Positions 48,699-58,248 of a DNA stretch of 64,000 bases are shown here, piece after piece. A program made the translations under genes and the position numbers. Below the pieces are notes generated by a model. It had not been told where the DNA came from and did not search any database. It saw only the letters and a program-made list of their open reading frames with translations. Location: assembly GCA_965208125.1 (NCBI GenBank), contig OZ242320.1, positions 4,096,001-4,160,000 of the forward strand, written 5' to 3'. The DNA comes from Candidatus Latescibacterota bacterium (lineage in GTDB: Bacteria > Latescibacterota > UBA2968). Every line of letters starts with the position of its first letter. Within the stretch, counting starts at the first letter, position 1.

Positions 48699-49520
48699 TC
48701 AAACTGAGGTTTTCATTTCGAGATTCGGCGCTGCATCGCTCTGGCTGATTCCCTTCGCTGTCATGAACCGCGGTCGATCCAGGACGTTAAAGCTCCTCGA
48801 GTGCAGAGCCGACATGTTCGTGACATACGCCTCACCCGGATCCCCTGTCAGTTCCACCACACGCAGAGGATGACCCCAAACGTCGGTGGGTTTCTCCATG
48901 AATCGTTGCCTGCGATCCTCGAAGTCCCTTTTATGAATTAGATTTCGCAACCAGGTGTGAGAGGCAAAGAACCTTTGCTTTATGTGCTTGACCTTCAGAT
49001 CAAGCTGATGCGGGGTGAGCTCGCTGTAGAACTTGCACACAACGTGGTGTGAACCCTCAACCAGAACCGTGCCTCCGCCTTCCGGATCGACCTTACTCAG
49101 AAAGCAGAAAATGAAGATGTCGCGGAGCTGGTCAACATTGCGAAGTGGGTTTCCGTGCCAGTGCCAGTCGGTTGCGATGTCCCAACTTTCTCGCTGCTGG
49201 GGGAAGGTGTACAGCACAATGCCGCGATCTTTCGGGGGACGCCACCGTCCCTGACCGAGCAACTGATCTACCACTGCTGCAAATTCTGCTGTCATGGCTT
49301 CTCGAAAGATGCGAGAATTTCTCACGGATCGGCTGACTCCTCCCGGGTATTTTCGCCAGGTCGCAGGATCATCCCGCAATACGCCCTCTCTCTCCAGCCG
49401 ACGCCAGATCGTTGATTCCATCTCTGCGGCGTCTTCGGCTGTAAAGGCGCGCACCTTGACGTAGCCTCGGGTGCAGAGTTGCTCAAGGTCTTGTTCGTTC
49501 AGTGGTCCGTCAGTCGTCAT
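48699..49520 (-). CDS. PhyH-like dioxygenase (atypical HWH in place of HxD)
   Basis: GYVKV, WHWHG, GGGTVLVEGSH, ELTG..G, LHS..N...PRFM. Confidence 0.8.
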   Translation of the reverse strand: MTTDGPLNEQDLEQLCTRGYVKVRAFTAEDAAEMESTIWRRLEREGVLRDDPATWRKYPGGVSRSVRNSRIFREAMTAEFAAVVDQLLGQGRWRPPKDRGIVLYTFPQQRESWDIATDWHWHGNPLRNVDQLRDIFIFCFLSKVDPEGGGTVLVEGSHHVVCKFYSELTPHQLDLKVKHIKQRFFASHTWLRNLIHKRDFEDRRQRFMEKPTDVWGHPLRVVELTGDPGEAYVTNMSALHSRSFNVLDRPRFMTAKGISQSDAAPNLEMKTSV

Positions 49521-49574
49521 AGAATTGCCTTTCTACATCGGTGAATAAAATGAATTCGCCACTGATGTCAATCA

Positions 49575-49679
49575 TGGCAGAGGGTGTGGGGATCGAACCC
49601 ATATACGGGATATCCCACAGGATACCCGTAGCCCTCGGTTTGGAAGCCTCGGGGCCAGCACCACTGGCTCTCACCCCCT
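49575..49679 (-). tRNA. Non-canonical tRNA-like gene: 8/4 fold, long variable arm, 8-nt anticodon loop CUUCCAAA
   Basis: Acceptor AGGGGGTG/CACCCTCT+G+CCA; D-arm GCCAG-TGGTG-CTGGC; T-arm TGGG-TTCGATC-CCCA; V-arm TACGGG-TATCC/GGATA-T-CCCGTA. Confidence 0.85.
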
Positions 49680-49792
49680 GCTCAATAATACGACGATGTC
49701 ATAAAATGGAATGTTTCGGATGGGGTAGGGGAGACTACATCTTATTCGTCTCGAATGGGATTTGCATATAGGGATTCATATTCCCTGTCTTT

Positions 49793-50929
49793 CTATGGCG
49801 TGTCGATCCACCAGTGATACACGTTCGTCAAGTGCTGTTCATACGCATGCGACGCCTGCAGCAGCAGCCGATTCCGCTTGTGTGGATTCAGCGATCCGAC
49901 CACGATGCTGTTCGAATATGCTGCGATTCCCTCCTCGCGCATCCTCAAGTAGATGCCGTCATCCCAGGCAAAGCCATCTCGTGAAGCATACAGAACAAAG
50001 TGACCTTTTTCCTCTTTCTTGCCCTGCAAGAATGCACTGCGTCCGTGCATGAAATAACAGCCGTTTAGCACAGCCGTCTGAGGGTTTCGGATCTTCTTTT
50101 TAAAGTGCGCGACCTTCGGGTCGGACCAGGTCCGGCCGCCGTCGTCGCTAACCACATAGTCCATCGTGTGCTCAGCCTTGCTGTTGTATATGTACACAGT
50201 GATACTTCCGTTATCGCGTATCCCCATGGTTCCGTACGATTTCCCGATGGTGTCGAAGGGAAGTTCGCTGCGCTTCACGAACGTCCGGCCGCCGTCTCGG
50301 CTCACGTACAACTCGTACACATCTTCAGGCTTGTTGCCCAGGAAATTGATCTCGTTGTCGTTCTTGAAGTGCAACACGAGTATCTCTCCGTTGTAATACC
50401 GTGCATCGTAGAGCCTACCCCGACTGTCGCACAGTGCAGATGGCTCACTCCATGTGTACCCTCCATCCGGACTGCTGATGTATGTCGGCACCTGAAATTG
50501 CCTCCAAATGACATTGGTCGTGATGTCACACACAAGGAAAAAGAGGACGATTTCACCCTTGTCCGTCCGAACTGCCTTCTCGGCGAAGGCGGACAGTTTT
50601 TTGCTGGTCTTCCCGCTCTGCCCGGTGTCGAACAAGTTCTTCGAATAGGCAACCACGTTCCGATCGCTCCATGTCTCGCCGCCGTCTTCCGAACGCTTGT
50701 ATTCCATCCAGCCCCTGGCCGAGTGGCCCTTGTCAGACTTCTCCGGGTTGTGGCGTTCGGCGGAGCAGTTCGGATAAAAGGCGAGGATCTTCCCGTCTTC
50801 ATACTCTACCAGTGCGTGCCCGAGATTTCCACCTCTTCTTGCCGGGGCGTGATCTACGAAGAGAATCCCATCGTTTGGTGGGTTTTTGGGGGTGATTTCA
50901 TAATCTGCTTTGTTTGGGTTCGCGTCCAT
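49793..50929 (-). CDS. BNR/Asp-box (sialidase-like) protein
   Basis: Five SxDGGxTW-type boxes. Confidence 0.85.
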   Translation of the reverse strand: MDANPNKADYEITPKNPPNDGILFVDHAPARRGGNLGHALVEYEDGKILAFYPNCSAERHNPEKSDKGHSARGWMEYKRSEDGGETWSDRNVVAYSKNLFDTGQSGKTSKKLSAFAEKAVRTDKGEIVLFFLVCDITTNVIWRQFQVPTYISSPDGGYTWSEPSALCDSRGRLYDARYYNGEILVLHFKNDNEINFLGNKPEDVYELYVSRDGGRTFVKRSELPFDTIGKSYGTMGIRDNGSITVYIYNSKAEHTMDYVVSDDGGRTWSDPKVAHFKKKIRNPQTAVLNGCYFMHGRSAFLQGKKEEKGHFVLYASRDGFAWDDGIYLRMREEGIAAYSNSIVVGSLNPHKRNRLLLQASHAYEQHLTNVYHWWIDTP

Positions 50930-50949
50930 AAGTGCTTCCCTGGATGAAT

Positions 50950-52398
50950 TTAAATGCCTTTGTAGATATTGGAGGAGTACATTTCAAAGCCTTCAGGGCC
51001 GGGGTAGCCGTCAAAGAGGTTGCATTCGGGTACATTGCCGGGGGCGCCATTTTTGAGCCAGTCGATGAAGATGGGGTCGGCATTGCGGTGTTTGAGTTCG
51101 GCGAGGCCTGAGGTGTGAAGGTCTTGAACGCGATCAGGATTTTCAGACGCGATATTGGCCAGAGAGCCGTAGGGCGTGAGGATGCTGTCTTCGGGGTTGG
51201 GATGCCATTCGAGATAGCCTTCCTGGTCGAAGACAGTAAAGTAGCCGCGTTGAAGATGTCGCATCGCTTTGCCGCGCGCCACGCCTGATAGGGCGATTTC
51301 GCGGTGGCCCATGCTGTTTTCACGCGCAGCGTTGAGGATGTCGTAACTTTCGATATTGTCGGGAACAGATGCGCCTGATAGGTTGGCGATGGTGGCGAAG
51401 AAATCTTGTGGTTGAAAGATGGCAGAACTGCGACCTGTGTCGCCTTCGGGGGTTTTGATGAAAAGTGGGATGTGGATTTCTTGTTCGCGAACAGGGGCGC
51501 CTTTGCCGAATCTGCCGCGTTCACCGACGTTGGTGCCGTGATCGCCTGCGACGAGTATGGCGGTGTTTTTGGCCAGACCCGTGGCTTCAAGGGCTTCGAG
51601 GAAGCGGCCAAAGCAGTGGTCCATCCAGGTTACTTTGGCTGCATAGCTGGCTTTGATGCGTGCTCTGGCTTCGTCGGGCAGGTTGGGATTGCTGCGGGCT
51701 TGCGTTCCACCCTTGAATATGCGAGGATCGAGCCTACCGTCATAGCCAGGCGTTTTGTCGTATTTGAGCATGAATTCGGGGGGTACGTCCCAGGGTTCGT
51801 GAGGGTCGAAGCAGTCGATCCAGAGGAAGAAATTTTCCCGGTTTTTGTTGTCGCGGAGAAACTCGGCGGCGGTGTTGAAGAGTCTGGCGCAGTTCCAGTC
51901 GTCTAAGTTGTCGCGGCCTCTGTTGGTGCGGGCATATTGTATGGTTGGTGTTGGGAGTTCGTCTTCGAGGATGTCAAAGAGCGGGTCTTTTGCCCAGTTG
52001 CTGGGCCATTTGGCTTCGTCATTTATCCAGGCGCGGTCAACTTCGGCACCGCGAATGAAGGTCCAGGTGTGAAAGGGATAATCGAAGGCGTGACCCCCGT
52101 TGACGAGGTGGGGTGTGTCGTGCAGGAGTTGCGTCGCGTAGCCTGCTTCGCCGAGGACATACGGCAGTGCGTTGGTGTTGAAGGGCAGTGGTTTCCAGGC
52201 GTGAAAGGGGCTGCCGTATTTGCCGGTCATGACGTCGGTGCGATAGGGGATAGTGGGGAAGCTCGCTGCGAAGGCACGGTCAAAACACCAGGATTGTGAG
52301 GATAGGCGGTCGAGATTGGGGGTTTCGATCCAGTCATTTCCGTTGGCACCGATATAGTCGTAGCGCATGGTGTCGATGATTAAGAGAATGATGTTCAT
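50950..52398 (-). CDS. Sulfatase-like hydrolase with Thr at the nucleophile position
   Basis: Start MNIILLIIDTMRYD; TIPYR in place of CxPxR; FDPHEPW, DHG. Confidence 0.85.
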   Translation of the reverse strand: MNIILLIIDTMRYDYIGANGNDWIETPNLDRLSSQSWCFDRAFAASFPTIPYRTDVMTGKYGSPFHAWKPLPFNTNALPYVLGEAGYATQLLHDTPHLVNGGHAFDYPFHTWTFIRGAEVDRAWINDEAKWPSNWAKDPLFDILEDELPTPTIQYARTNRGRDNLDDWNCARLFNTAAEFLRDNKNRENFFLWIDCFDPHEPWDVPPEFMLKYDKTPGYDGRLDPRIFKGGTQARSNPNLPDEARARIKASYAAKVTWMDHCFGRFLEALEATGLAKNTAILVAGDHGTNVGERGRFGKGAPVREQEIHIPLFIKTPEGDTGRSSAIFQPQDFFATIANLSGASVPDNIESYDILNAARENSMGHREIALSGVARGKAMRHLQRGYFTVFDQEGYLEWHPNPEDSILTPYGSLANIASENPDRVQDLHTSGLAELKHRNADPIFIDWLKNGAPGNVPECNLFDGYPGPEGFEMYSSNIYKGI

Positions 52399-52445
52399 TA
52401 TGAATCTCCGAAGACGAATGGACGAATTAAGACCCTTGAGACCAA

Positions 52446-52490
52446 AATAAGCTATAGACCCATTTGTCCCGACACAATAGAAATACATAC
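52446..52490. repeat. Direct repeat A: orphan copy of the 3' end of the GNAT at 53588
   Basis: 45 bp with 4 mismatches versus 53598-53642. Confidence 0.9.
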
Positions 52491-52581
52491 TGATCAGGCT
52501 GCCATTTCTTCATTGCTTTCTCTCGCAGATTTGTTCATATAAACAAGCCATTATTATCTTTTTAAAACAGGAGGTTATCGG

Positions 52582-53562
52582 ATGTCCAAACCGCTTTATC
52601 AACTGGACTGGCAGCGTTGGGAGCAGCCGGTTCTGTCGGGGATGACTACAGACCAGGACTGGTGCCGGGTGACGGTGTACAGCCCGACTGTTCTCCGTAT
52701 GGGCGATACGTACAAAATGTGGTACCTGGGCAACCGAACGGCCACGCGTACGAGCGATATGGACCTGGGGTATGCCGAGTCCCCAGATGGGCTGACCTGG
52801 ACGCCACATCCGGACAATCCGATCCTCAGCGGCGGGTTGCCGTGGGGGCGTGCGTGGCAAACGCCGCACGTGATTTTCGACAGCGATGAGAATCTTTACA
52901 AGATGTGGTTCGTGATGGCTGACAGCCGTCCGGGTGAGGGGGGCAGGGCGATCGTTTTGGGACAGAAGCTGGGGTATGCGACCAGTTCCGATGGTCTGGC
53001 CTGGGAGACCTACCCCGAGCCGATCTATCCGAGTGGGCGGGGACCGTGCGTGTTGAAGGAGGGACCAAATGCCTACCGCATGTGGATGTGTTCATCCCCC
53101 AGTCCGGACGGAGAATTTGGAGATCTGGTAGGGAATATCTACCACTTCGAATCGACCGACGGCATCGCCTGGACGCGGGATCCCGAACCGATGATCCGGG
53201 CCACGGAAACGCGCCAGAGCGTGGTCTATCCGAGCGTTTTGCGGGATGAGCAGGGATATACGATGTGGTACGGATGCCATGTGGAGGGGGGAATCTTTGA
53301 GATTTTCTGTTCAACGTCGGAGGACGGGCTGAATTGGACGCACCACCTGAAGGAGCCTTCGTTTTCCGCAACACGCGATCCAAACGATTTCGACGGCCGA
53401 TACACATCTACGCCCTACGTGCTGGACGACGGTGACCGCTACCTGATGTACTATTCCGCCCGAGACTGGGGAAACCTCTATCGGGCCGGGGACGGGACGA
53501 TTAAGACCGACGGCGCGGGTATTTACCGCCACATCGGAGTGGCCGTATGTCCGAAGGAATGA
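52582..53562 (+). CDS. Five-bladed beta-propeller glycosidase-like protein (GH32/43/130-like)
   Basis: Repeated P.V..YKMWY..GYAES.DGL.W units. Confidence 0.75.
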   Translation: MSKPLYQLDWQRWEQPVLSGMTTDQDWCRVTVYSPTVLRMGDTYKMWYLGNRTATRTSDMDLGYAESPDGLTWTPHPDNPILSGGLPWGRAWQTPHVIFDSDENLYKMWFVMADSRPGEGGRAIVLGQKLGYATSSDGLAWETYPEPIYPSGRGPCVLKEGPNAYRMWMCSSPSPDGEFGDLVGNIYHFESTDGIAWTRDPEPMIRATETRQSVVYPSVLRDEQGYTMWYGCHVEGGIFEIFCSTSEDGLNWTHHLKEPSFSATRDPNDFDGRYTSTPYVLDDGDRYLMYYSARDWGNLYRAGDGTIKTDGAGIYRHIGVAVCPKE

Positions 53563-53587
53563 ACCGCTTTATTCGAAGATAGCCAAT

Positions 53588-54151
53588 CTAACCACTGAAT
53601 AAGCTGTAGATCCATTTGTCCCGACGCAAGAGAAATACATACCGTTCGGGCAACATGCGGTCCTTAAATTCACCTCTACCCGGTCCGGGCGGTACACGCT
53701 CAGCCTCCTCGAAACCCAGTCGGCGGAGAAGCCGGACAGACCGTTTGTTTGCAATAACGCATCTGGCTCCAATCTCGTCCAGGTCCAAATCTTCAAAACC
53801 CACCTGCAGAATGCTCCGGACAGCTTCTGACGCAAAGCCCTGACCCCAATAAATGGGAGATAACTCGTAGCCTATGTCACCCCGTCGGCTCTCAATACTT
53901 TCTGTGCGTATTCCGCAGTTACCGAGTAATATTCCATTTGAGCGGTCCGTGATGACGAACTGGAATTTGCATCTCGGACTTTCTTTGGACCATGCGATGC
54001 ACTTTTCTACAAATCGGATGCATTCCTCTCTGGTGTAGGCGGGCCGGTAGTAGTATTCCAGATACCTGGGGTCCTTCCTGTACTCGGCGATGGCATCCAC
54101 GTCTTGTCTGGTGAACTCTCTCAGAAGCAGGCGTTCAGTCAGTTTTTCCAT
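53588..54151 (-). CDS. GNAT acetyltransferase, RimJ/RimL type
   Basis: TERLLLR, IGYEL...YWGQGFASEA, N.RS.RLL.RLGF. Confidence 0.9.
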   Translation of the reverse strand: MEKLTERLLLREFTRQDVDAIAEYRKDPRYLEYYYRPAYTREECIRFVEKCIAWSKESPRCKFQFVITDRSNGILLGNCGIRTESIESRRGDIGYELSPIYWGQGFASEAVRSILQVGFEDLDLDEIGARCVIANKRSVRLLRRLGFEEAERVPPGPGRGEFKDRMLPERYVFLLRRDKWIYSLFSG

Positions 54152-54159
54152 ACTTTAAA

Positions 54160-54684
54160 TTACGTTTGGAGCCTTTGAAAGGCCTTAAGAGTTGAGGGAT
54201 CAGTGACTATTTCCCTTGCGGCTTCAATAGTCAACCATTTGGCAGCATAGAATTCTTGTAGATCAATGTTGAAATTGCTGCCATCTGTAAGAAGTAAATA
54301 CCAGATGTCATAATGAGACTGACAGGGTTGCACGGGATTTTCTATTGGTGTAATGGTCAACAAAAACGGTTGTGGTTCGGATTTAAAAAAGCGCCATATT
54401 CCCAATTCTTCACCTATCTCGCGGTTCAAAGCTGCCAAAAGCGTCTCGTCTTTATCTATGTGACCACCGGGAGAAAGCCAGAGGCCAGACTTTTTATGGT
54501 GGATGATAAACACCTTTTTGCTCTGGGTATCATAGGGCAGAAAATAGACACAAAAATGGGTCTCCAGATTTTCATCTCGCGTTGGTTTTCCTTCTTTCAA
54601 TCTTTGTTTATAGCGACTATAGGTTTTCCCATTGTCACATATATCACGGTCGATAACTTTTGCAATTGATTCTTCTGTTTTCAT
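54160..54684 (-). CDS. NUDIX hydrolase
   Basis: PGGHIDKDETLLAALNREIGEELG. Confidence 0.9.
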   Translation of the reverse strand: MKTEESIAKVIDRDICDNGKTYSRYKQRLKEGKPTRDENLETHFCVYFLPYDTQSKKVFIIHHKKSGLWLSPGGHIDKDETLLAALNREIGEELGIWRFFKSEPQPFLLTITPIENPVQPCQSHYDIWYLLLTDGSNFNIDLQEFYAAKWLTIEAAREIVTDPSTLKAFQRLQT

Positions 54685-54724
54685 ATTGGAGTTTCCCAGA
54701 TACTGTTTCTTTGTTTTGCTATCT

Positions 54725-55525
54725 TCACTTGGTTACCGACCAGTAGGTATTGGTGATATGTGGTGAACCCACGTAGGGTTTGCCGTCGTGGCTCCCGTAT
54801 AATTCCCACTGGTCAAATCCGCTCAATCTCAGTAGCAACTGAAATTCTTCCTTGTGAATCCATCGAGTCTGCATTGGCACTTTGGCCGTTTCCCCGTCAT
54901 ACTCAAATGTCCAGGTGTAGGTTTCCGTCTGTGATGTCAGATCACATATTTTTGAGTAATTAACCTGAATCGGCTTCCCCGTCTCGGGATGCATGCACTC
55001 ACCGAATACCTCCTCTGATGGCGGGATGTCCTGATGAAGGAGTATGTCTTCTGTGTAGGAGGGAATGTAGAAGTTCAGGAGCAGGCGTCCTCCTGGCTGT
55101 AGATGCTCATAGACATGTCGAAGGCAGTCTATTTGGCTTTGCTGAGTCGGCAGCATCATGAAGGAACTGGCAGGTATGAGAACCGCTGCAAATTGGCGGT
55201 CATAGATAAAATCGGCAAGATCCTGTTGTGAGATTCGAGAATCTATATCTGAAATTCCCAAATTTATTGCTTTGTGTCTGAGCACTTCCAACATGGGAAG
55301 CGAAATATCAAATCCAAAGATATCAAGTCCATCCAGAAGCAGAGGCAGCATTTTACAACCCGTCCCACAGGCAGCCTCCAATATCGCACCACGCGTGTTC
55401 TGCAATTGATTTCGGTAAAAATGTAACTCCCGTTCATTTAGTACAGAGCGGCCACCAGTTTCGTTCCATTGGTCATAGATTAGCGCCCACCAATGGGTAT
55501 CATAGTTACTTTCAGTCTCTTGCAT
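54725..55525 (-). CDS. Class I SAM-dependent methyltransferase
   Basis: ILEAACGTG, HLQPGG. Confidence 0.9.
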   Translation of the reverse strand: MQETESNYDTHWWALIYDQWNETGGRSVLNERELHFYRNQLQNTRGAILEAACGTGCKMLPLLLDGLDIFGFDISLPMLEVLRHKAINLGISDIDSRISQQDLADFIYDRQFAAVLIPASSFMMLPTQQSQIDCLRHVYEHLQPGGRLLLNFYIPSYTEDILLHQDIPPSEEVFGECMHPETGKPIQVNYSKICDLTSQTETYTWTFEYDGETAKVPMQTRWIHKEEFQLLLRLSGFDQWELYGSHDGKPYVGSPHITNTYWSVTK

Positions 55526-55602
55526 GAGTACCCCTATGCAAAGATAGGTTTTGTTTTTTCGTTATATACAGTTTTTATATAGTCGGGTTTTCTCTTTATT
55601 TT

Positions 55603-56175
55603 TCAGTCATTCAATGAAATTTTTAAGTTTATCGCTGCCAATAAACCTTCATAGTCAATCGACTTGAAGTCTGTAGTATCAATCTCAAAAATAGAGCCGC
55701 CTATATCCAACGCCTTATACTTTTCATTTATCAGAAATTCGTCGAATTGGTCGGACGTTACCAAATGATCTGTATGGCCGGGATGGCGCTCCCCAGATTC
55801 AGACCGCGCTTTGAATCTCTTAAAGAGCACACCAGCATCGGTTTTGCACAGGATCTGAAATGGCTCAAAGTCATGTCTTTCTTTTAATTCCAGAAGTTTT
55901 GGCGTATCAAACTTGGGAATAAATGCTGTGTCAACAATAAGCGATCTTCCCGCTTCAACTTGAGTTTTCAGGAAACAATGCATAAGCGCCCAACTGGCAT
56001 GGATTAACCCTACACGAAATTCTCTATCTTCCCAGCCAAGGGTATCGAAGAGGACTTCCTTAATGCCATCCTTGCTAAGAAAGGGTAGGCGGAGTTGCTT
56101 AGCCAATTTTCTCCCTAATGTTGTTTTGCCAGTACACGGAGCCCCGTTAATAATAATAAGCAAAGATTTTGTCAT
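55603..56175 (-). CDS. P-loop kinase (AAA_33-like)
   Basis: GAPCTGKTT, LSKD.IKE.LFD, RHPGH. Confidence 0.85.
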   Translation of the reverse strand: MTKSLLIIINGAPCTGKTTLGRKLAKQLRLPFLSKDGIKEVLFDTLGWEDREFRVGLIHASWALMHCFLKTQVEAGRSLIVDTAFIPKFDTPKLLELKERHDFEPFQILCKTDAGVLFKRFKARSESGERHPGHTDHLVTSDQFDEFLINEKYKALDIGGSIFEIDTTDFKSIDYEGLLAAINLKISLND

Positions 56176-56222
56176 TGATGTTTACTCAAAAAATGGGTAG
56201 TTCAGCCATGAGGTTGTTATAC

Positions 56223-56273
56223 GCCGCCAGCCCATGAACCGTCTCTATTCAGATGAATCAATCATCTCTCCTT
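56223..56273. repeat. Direct repeat B: orphan copy of the RBS and first codons of the MFS gene
   Basis: 51 bp with 2 mismatches versus 58210-58260. Confidence 0.92.
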
Positions 56274-56289
56274 CATCGTGCAGACTGTC

Positions 56290-56991
56290 TCAACTGCCGA
56301 CTACCTTATTCTTTCTAAGAATCGGAAATTCGGCACCTTTCATTCCGGTGTCTGTCAAATATGTAAGGTTGCAATGATGATACGCACAGATATAGCTTCT
56401 ACGTAATTTATCAGATGAATTGGAGCCGCTTCTATGTAGAACATGCGAATGAAAAATAGCGATTTCACCTGCGTGCATTTCGATGGGGACCTGATTTTTA
56501 TCATCCACATCTTGCGCGAACCGACCTGCGTAGAATGTTTCCGTTTCTCTCAAGAATACATGATCAAGTCGTCCCCATTTGTGTGAGCCTGGTATCACCC
56601 ATAGACATCCATTGCCGATAGTAACAACATCAAGGGCAACCCAACACGTGATGTAATGTTCCGGCTCTGTCAGACCGTACTGAGCATCTTGATGCCAATG
56701 AAATTCTTTGCCTTGAAACGGAGGTTTATGAGCTATCAAATTCCAATGAAGATCAGCATTGGGCCCAATCAGTTTCTTACAAGCTTCGACAAAGAGAGGT
56801 TGTTTTACGAACTCTGCAAATAGGTCACTCTTCAAATGAGGATTGCGTTGAAACCATTTGGGATTGTCTGCGTTATATTTTTCACATTCCTTTGTCAGCT
56901 TGTCGAGCCACTCACCAGAGACTTTTTGTCCAACAATGCAAAACCCTTTCTCATCAAAGTCACGAAGATTACGGCTGGTTATGATATCCAT
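56290..56991 (-). CDS. PhyH family dioxygenase
   Basis: WHQD, NGCLWVIPGSH, LHRSGSN..RR. Confidence 0.9.
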   Translation of the reverse strand: MDIITSRNLRDFDEKGFCIVGQKVSGEWLDKLTKECEKYNADNPKWFQRNPHLKSDLFAEFVKQPLFVEACKKLIGPNADLHWNLIAHKPPFQGKEFHWHQDAQYGLTEPEHYITCWVALDVVTIGNGCLWVIPGSHKWGRLDHVFLRETETFYAGRFAQDVDDKNQVPIEMHAGEIAIFHSHVLHRSGSNSSDKLRRSYICAYHHCNLTYLTDTGMKGAEFPILRKNKVVGS

Positions 56992-57009
56992 TTTGGTCTT
57001 CCTCCCTGT

Positions 57010-58248
57010 TCAGGATTTTTTGTCTTCGATACTAACAACAGACGGGATCATCCGGGCAGATGTTCCAAGAACGAGGGTCAGTACTCCCGCCGCTAAAAAC
57101 CACGGTTGCGGGCCAAAAACATCGGTTATGGGACCTATCACGATGAGCCCAAGCATAGTTGTAAATTGCACAGAACTATGAAGAGCGCCAAATACGCGGC
57201 CTTGTAGATGGGGATCGACATTGGCCTGAAGGAGAGCGCGGAGAGGCGCGTTAATTAGCGAGCTACCGACGCCGCTTAAAGCTATACCCGTGATGGCTAA
57301 AGCAAAGCGGGTATGAGGGGCGATACCTACGAGTATTGTTCCAATGCCATACACAATCCAGCCTAAGATCGTCGTCATGATTCGGCGATGAAATCCACCC
57401 CAGGCCCCAACCAGAAGACCTCCCAGGACAATGCCCACTCCCCAGGCAGAATTAAACCAACCAAGTTCGGTAGCACCTCCATTGAAGTGATCTGTTATCA
57501 AGAGGGGTGAGATGGTCATCTTCGTGTTCCCAAATATGTTTAATACGGCAGCAATTAAGATTAAGTTCCGAAGACCAGTCCATCTCCACAAATAACGAAA
57601 TCCTTCCAGCATATCAACCCAGATGCCAACCTCCTGGCTTCGCTTTTCCCCCATCCTTTTGGGCTGTGGAATCATAATGAAGATGAGGGGACCGATAGCA
57701 AGCATCGCCGTCAAAACATCGATGGCCAGTATGATATGTATCTCGAACAAGGCCAGTGCCAGTGCTCCAAGGGGAGGCCCTCCCATGCTGAGTACTCCAT
57801 GCAGGGTTTGGTTCGTCCCCTGAATCCTGGCTAGATGTTTTTCGGGCACCATCAGAGGCGTGGAAGTTATCATCGCCAGGCCCTGGAATGCACGACCAAT
57901 ACTCGCCAGAAAGTTTACTGCGTAGATATGCCAGATCTCGATAATTTCCATCCAGAAAAGACCAGCAAGACCAGCCATGGCTATCGCAACAAGCGTGTCC
58001 GAGACGAGCATTACAATACGGCGGTTCCATCTATCGTTCAGTGTGCCTATGATGGGAGCCAAAAAGACTTCTGGTAGATAGGCGACAAGGACTGAGGTCG
58101 CGAGAATGGTCGCAGATCCCGTCTTTTCCGTAAGCCACCACACCAGGGCAAATTGTGCAACTTGGGTTCCAAGAGATGACAGCGTTTGTCCAGTCCAGAT
58201 GGTAAAGAAGCCGCCAGCCCATGAACCGTCTCTGTTCAGACGAATCAA
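57010..58248 (-). CDS. MFS transporter, macrolide-efflux (Mef/DHA3)-like
   Basis: FFTIWTGQ..S.LG....FALVWWLT..TGSA; DRWNRR; QGRVF. Confidence 0.9.
   Translation of the reverse strand: MIRLNRDGSWAGGFFTIWTGQTLSSLGTQVAQFALVWWLTEKTGSATILATSVLVAYLPEVFLAPIIGTLNDRWNRRIVMLVSDTLVAIAMAGLAGLFWMEIIEIWHIYAVNFLASIGRAFQGLAMITSTPLMVPEKHLARIQGTNQTLHGVLSMGGPPLGALALALFEIHIILAIDVLTAMLAIGPLIFIMIPQPKRMGEKRSQEVGIWVDMLEGFRYLWRWTGLRNLILIAAVLNIFGNTKMTISPLLITDHFNGGATELGWFNSAWGVGIVLGGLLVGAWGGFHRRIMTTILGWIVYGIGTILVGIAPHTRFALAITGIALSGVGSSLINAPLRALLQANVDPHLQGRVFGALHSSVQFTTMLGLIVIGPITDVFGPQPWFLAAGVLTLVLGTSARMIPSVVSIEDKKS

Noticed and set aside
49575-49679. Ordinary tRNA-Sec, tRNA-Trp or tRNA-Gly, or an island attachment site
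   Set aside because: No 7-nt loop closes with a base pair, the fold is 8/4 with a long V arm, and no 3'-end duplication or integrase is seen in the window
50105-50947. 280-aa plus-strand ORF
   Set aside because: Antisense shadow of the BNR gene
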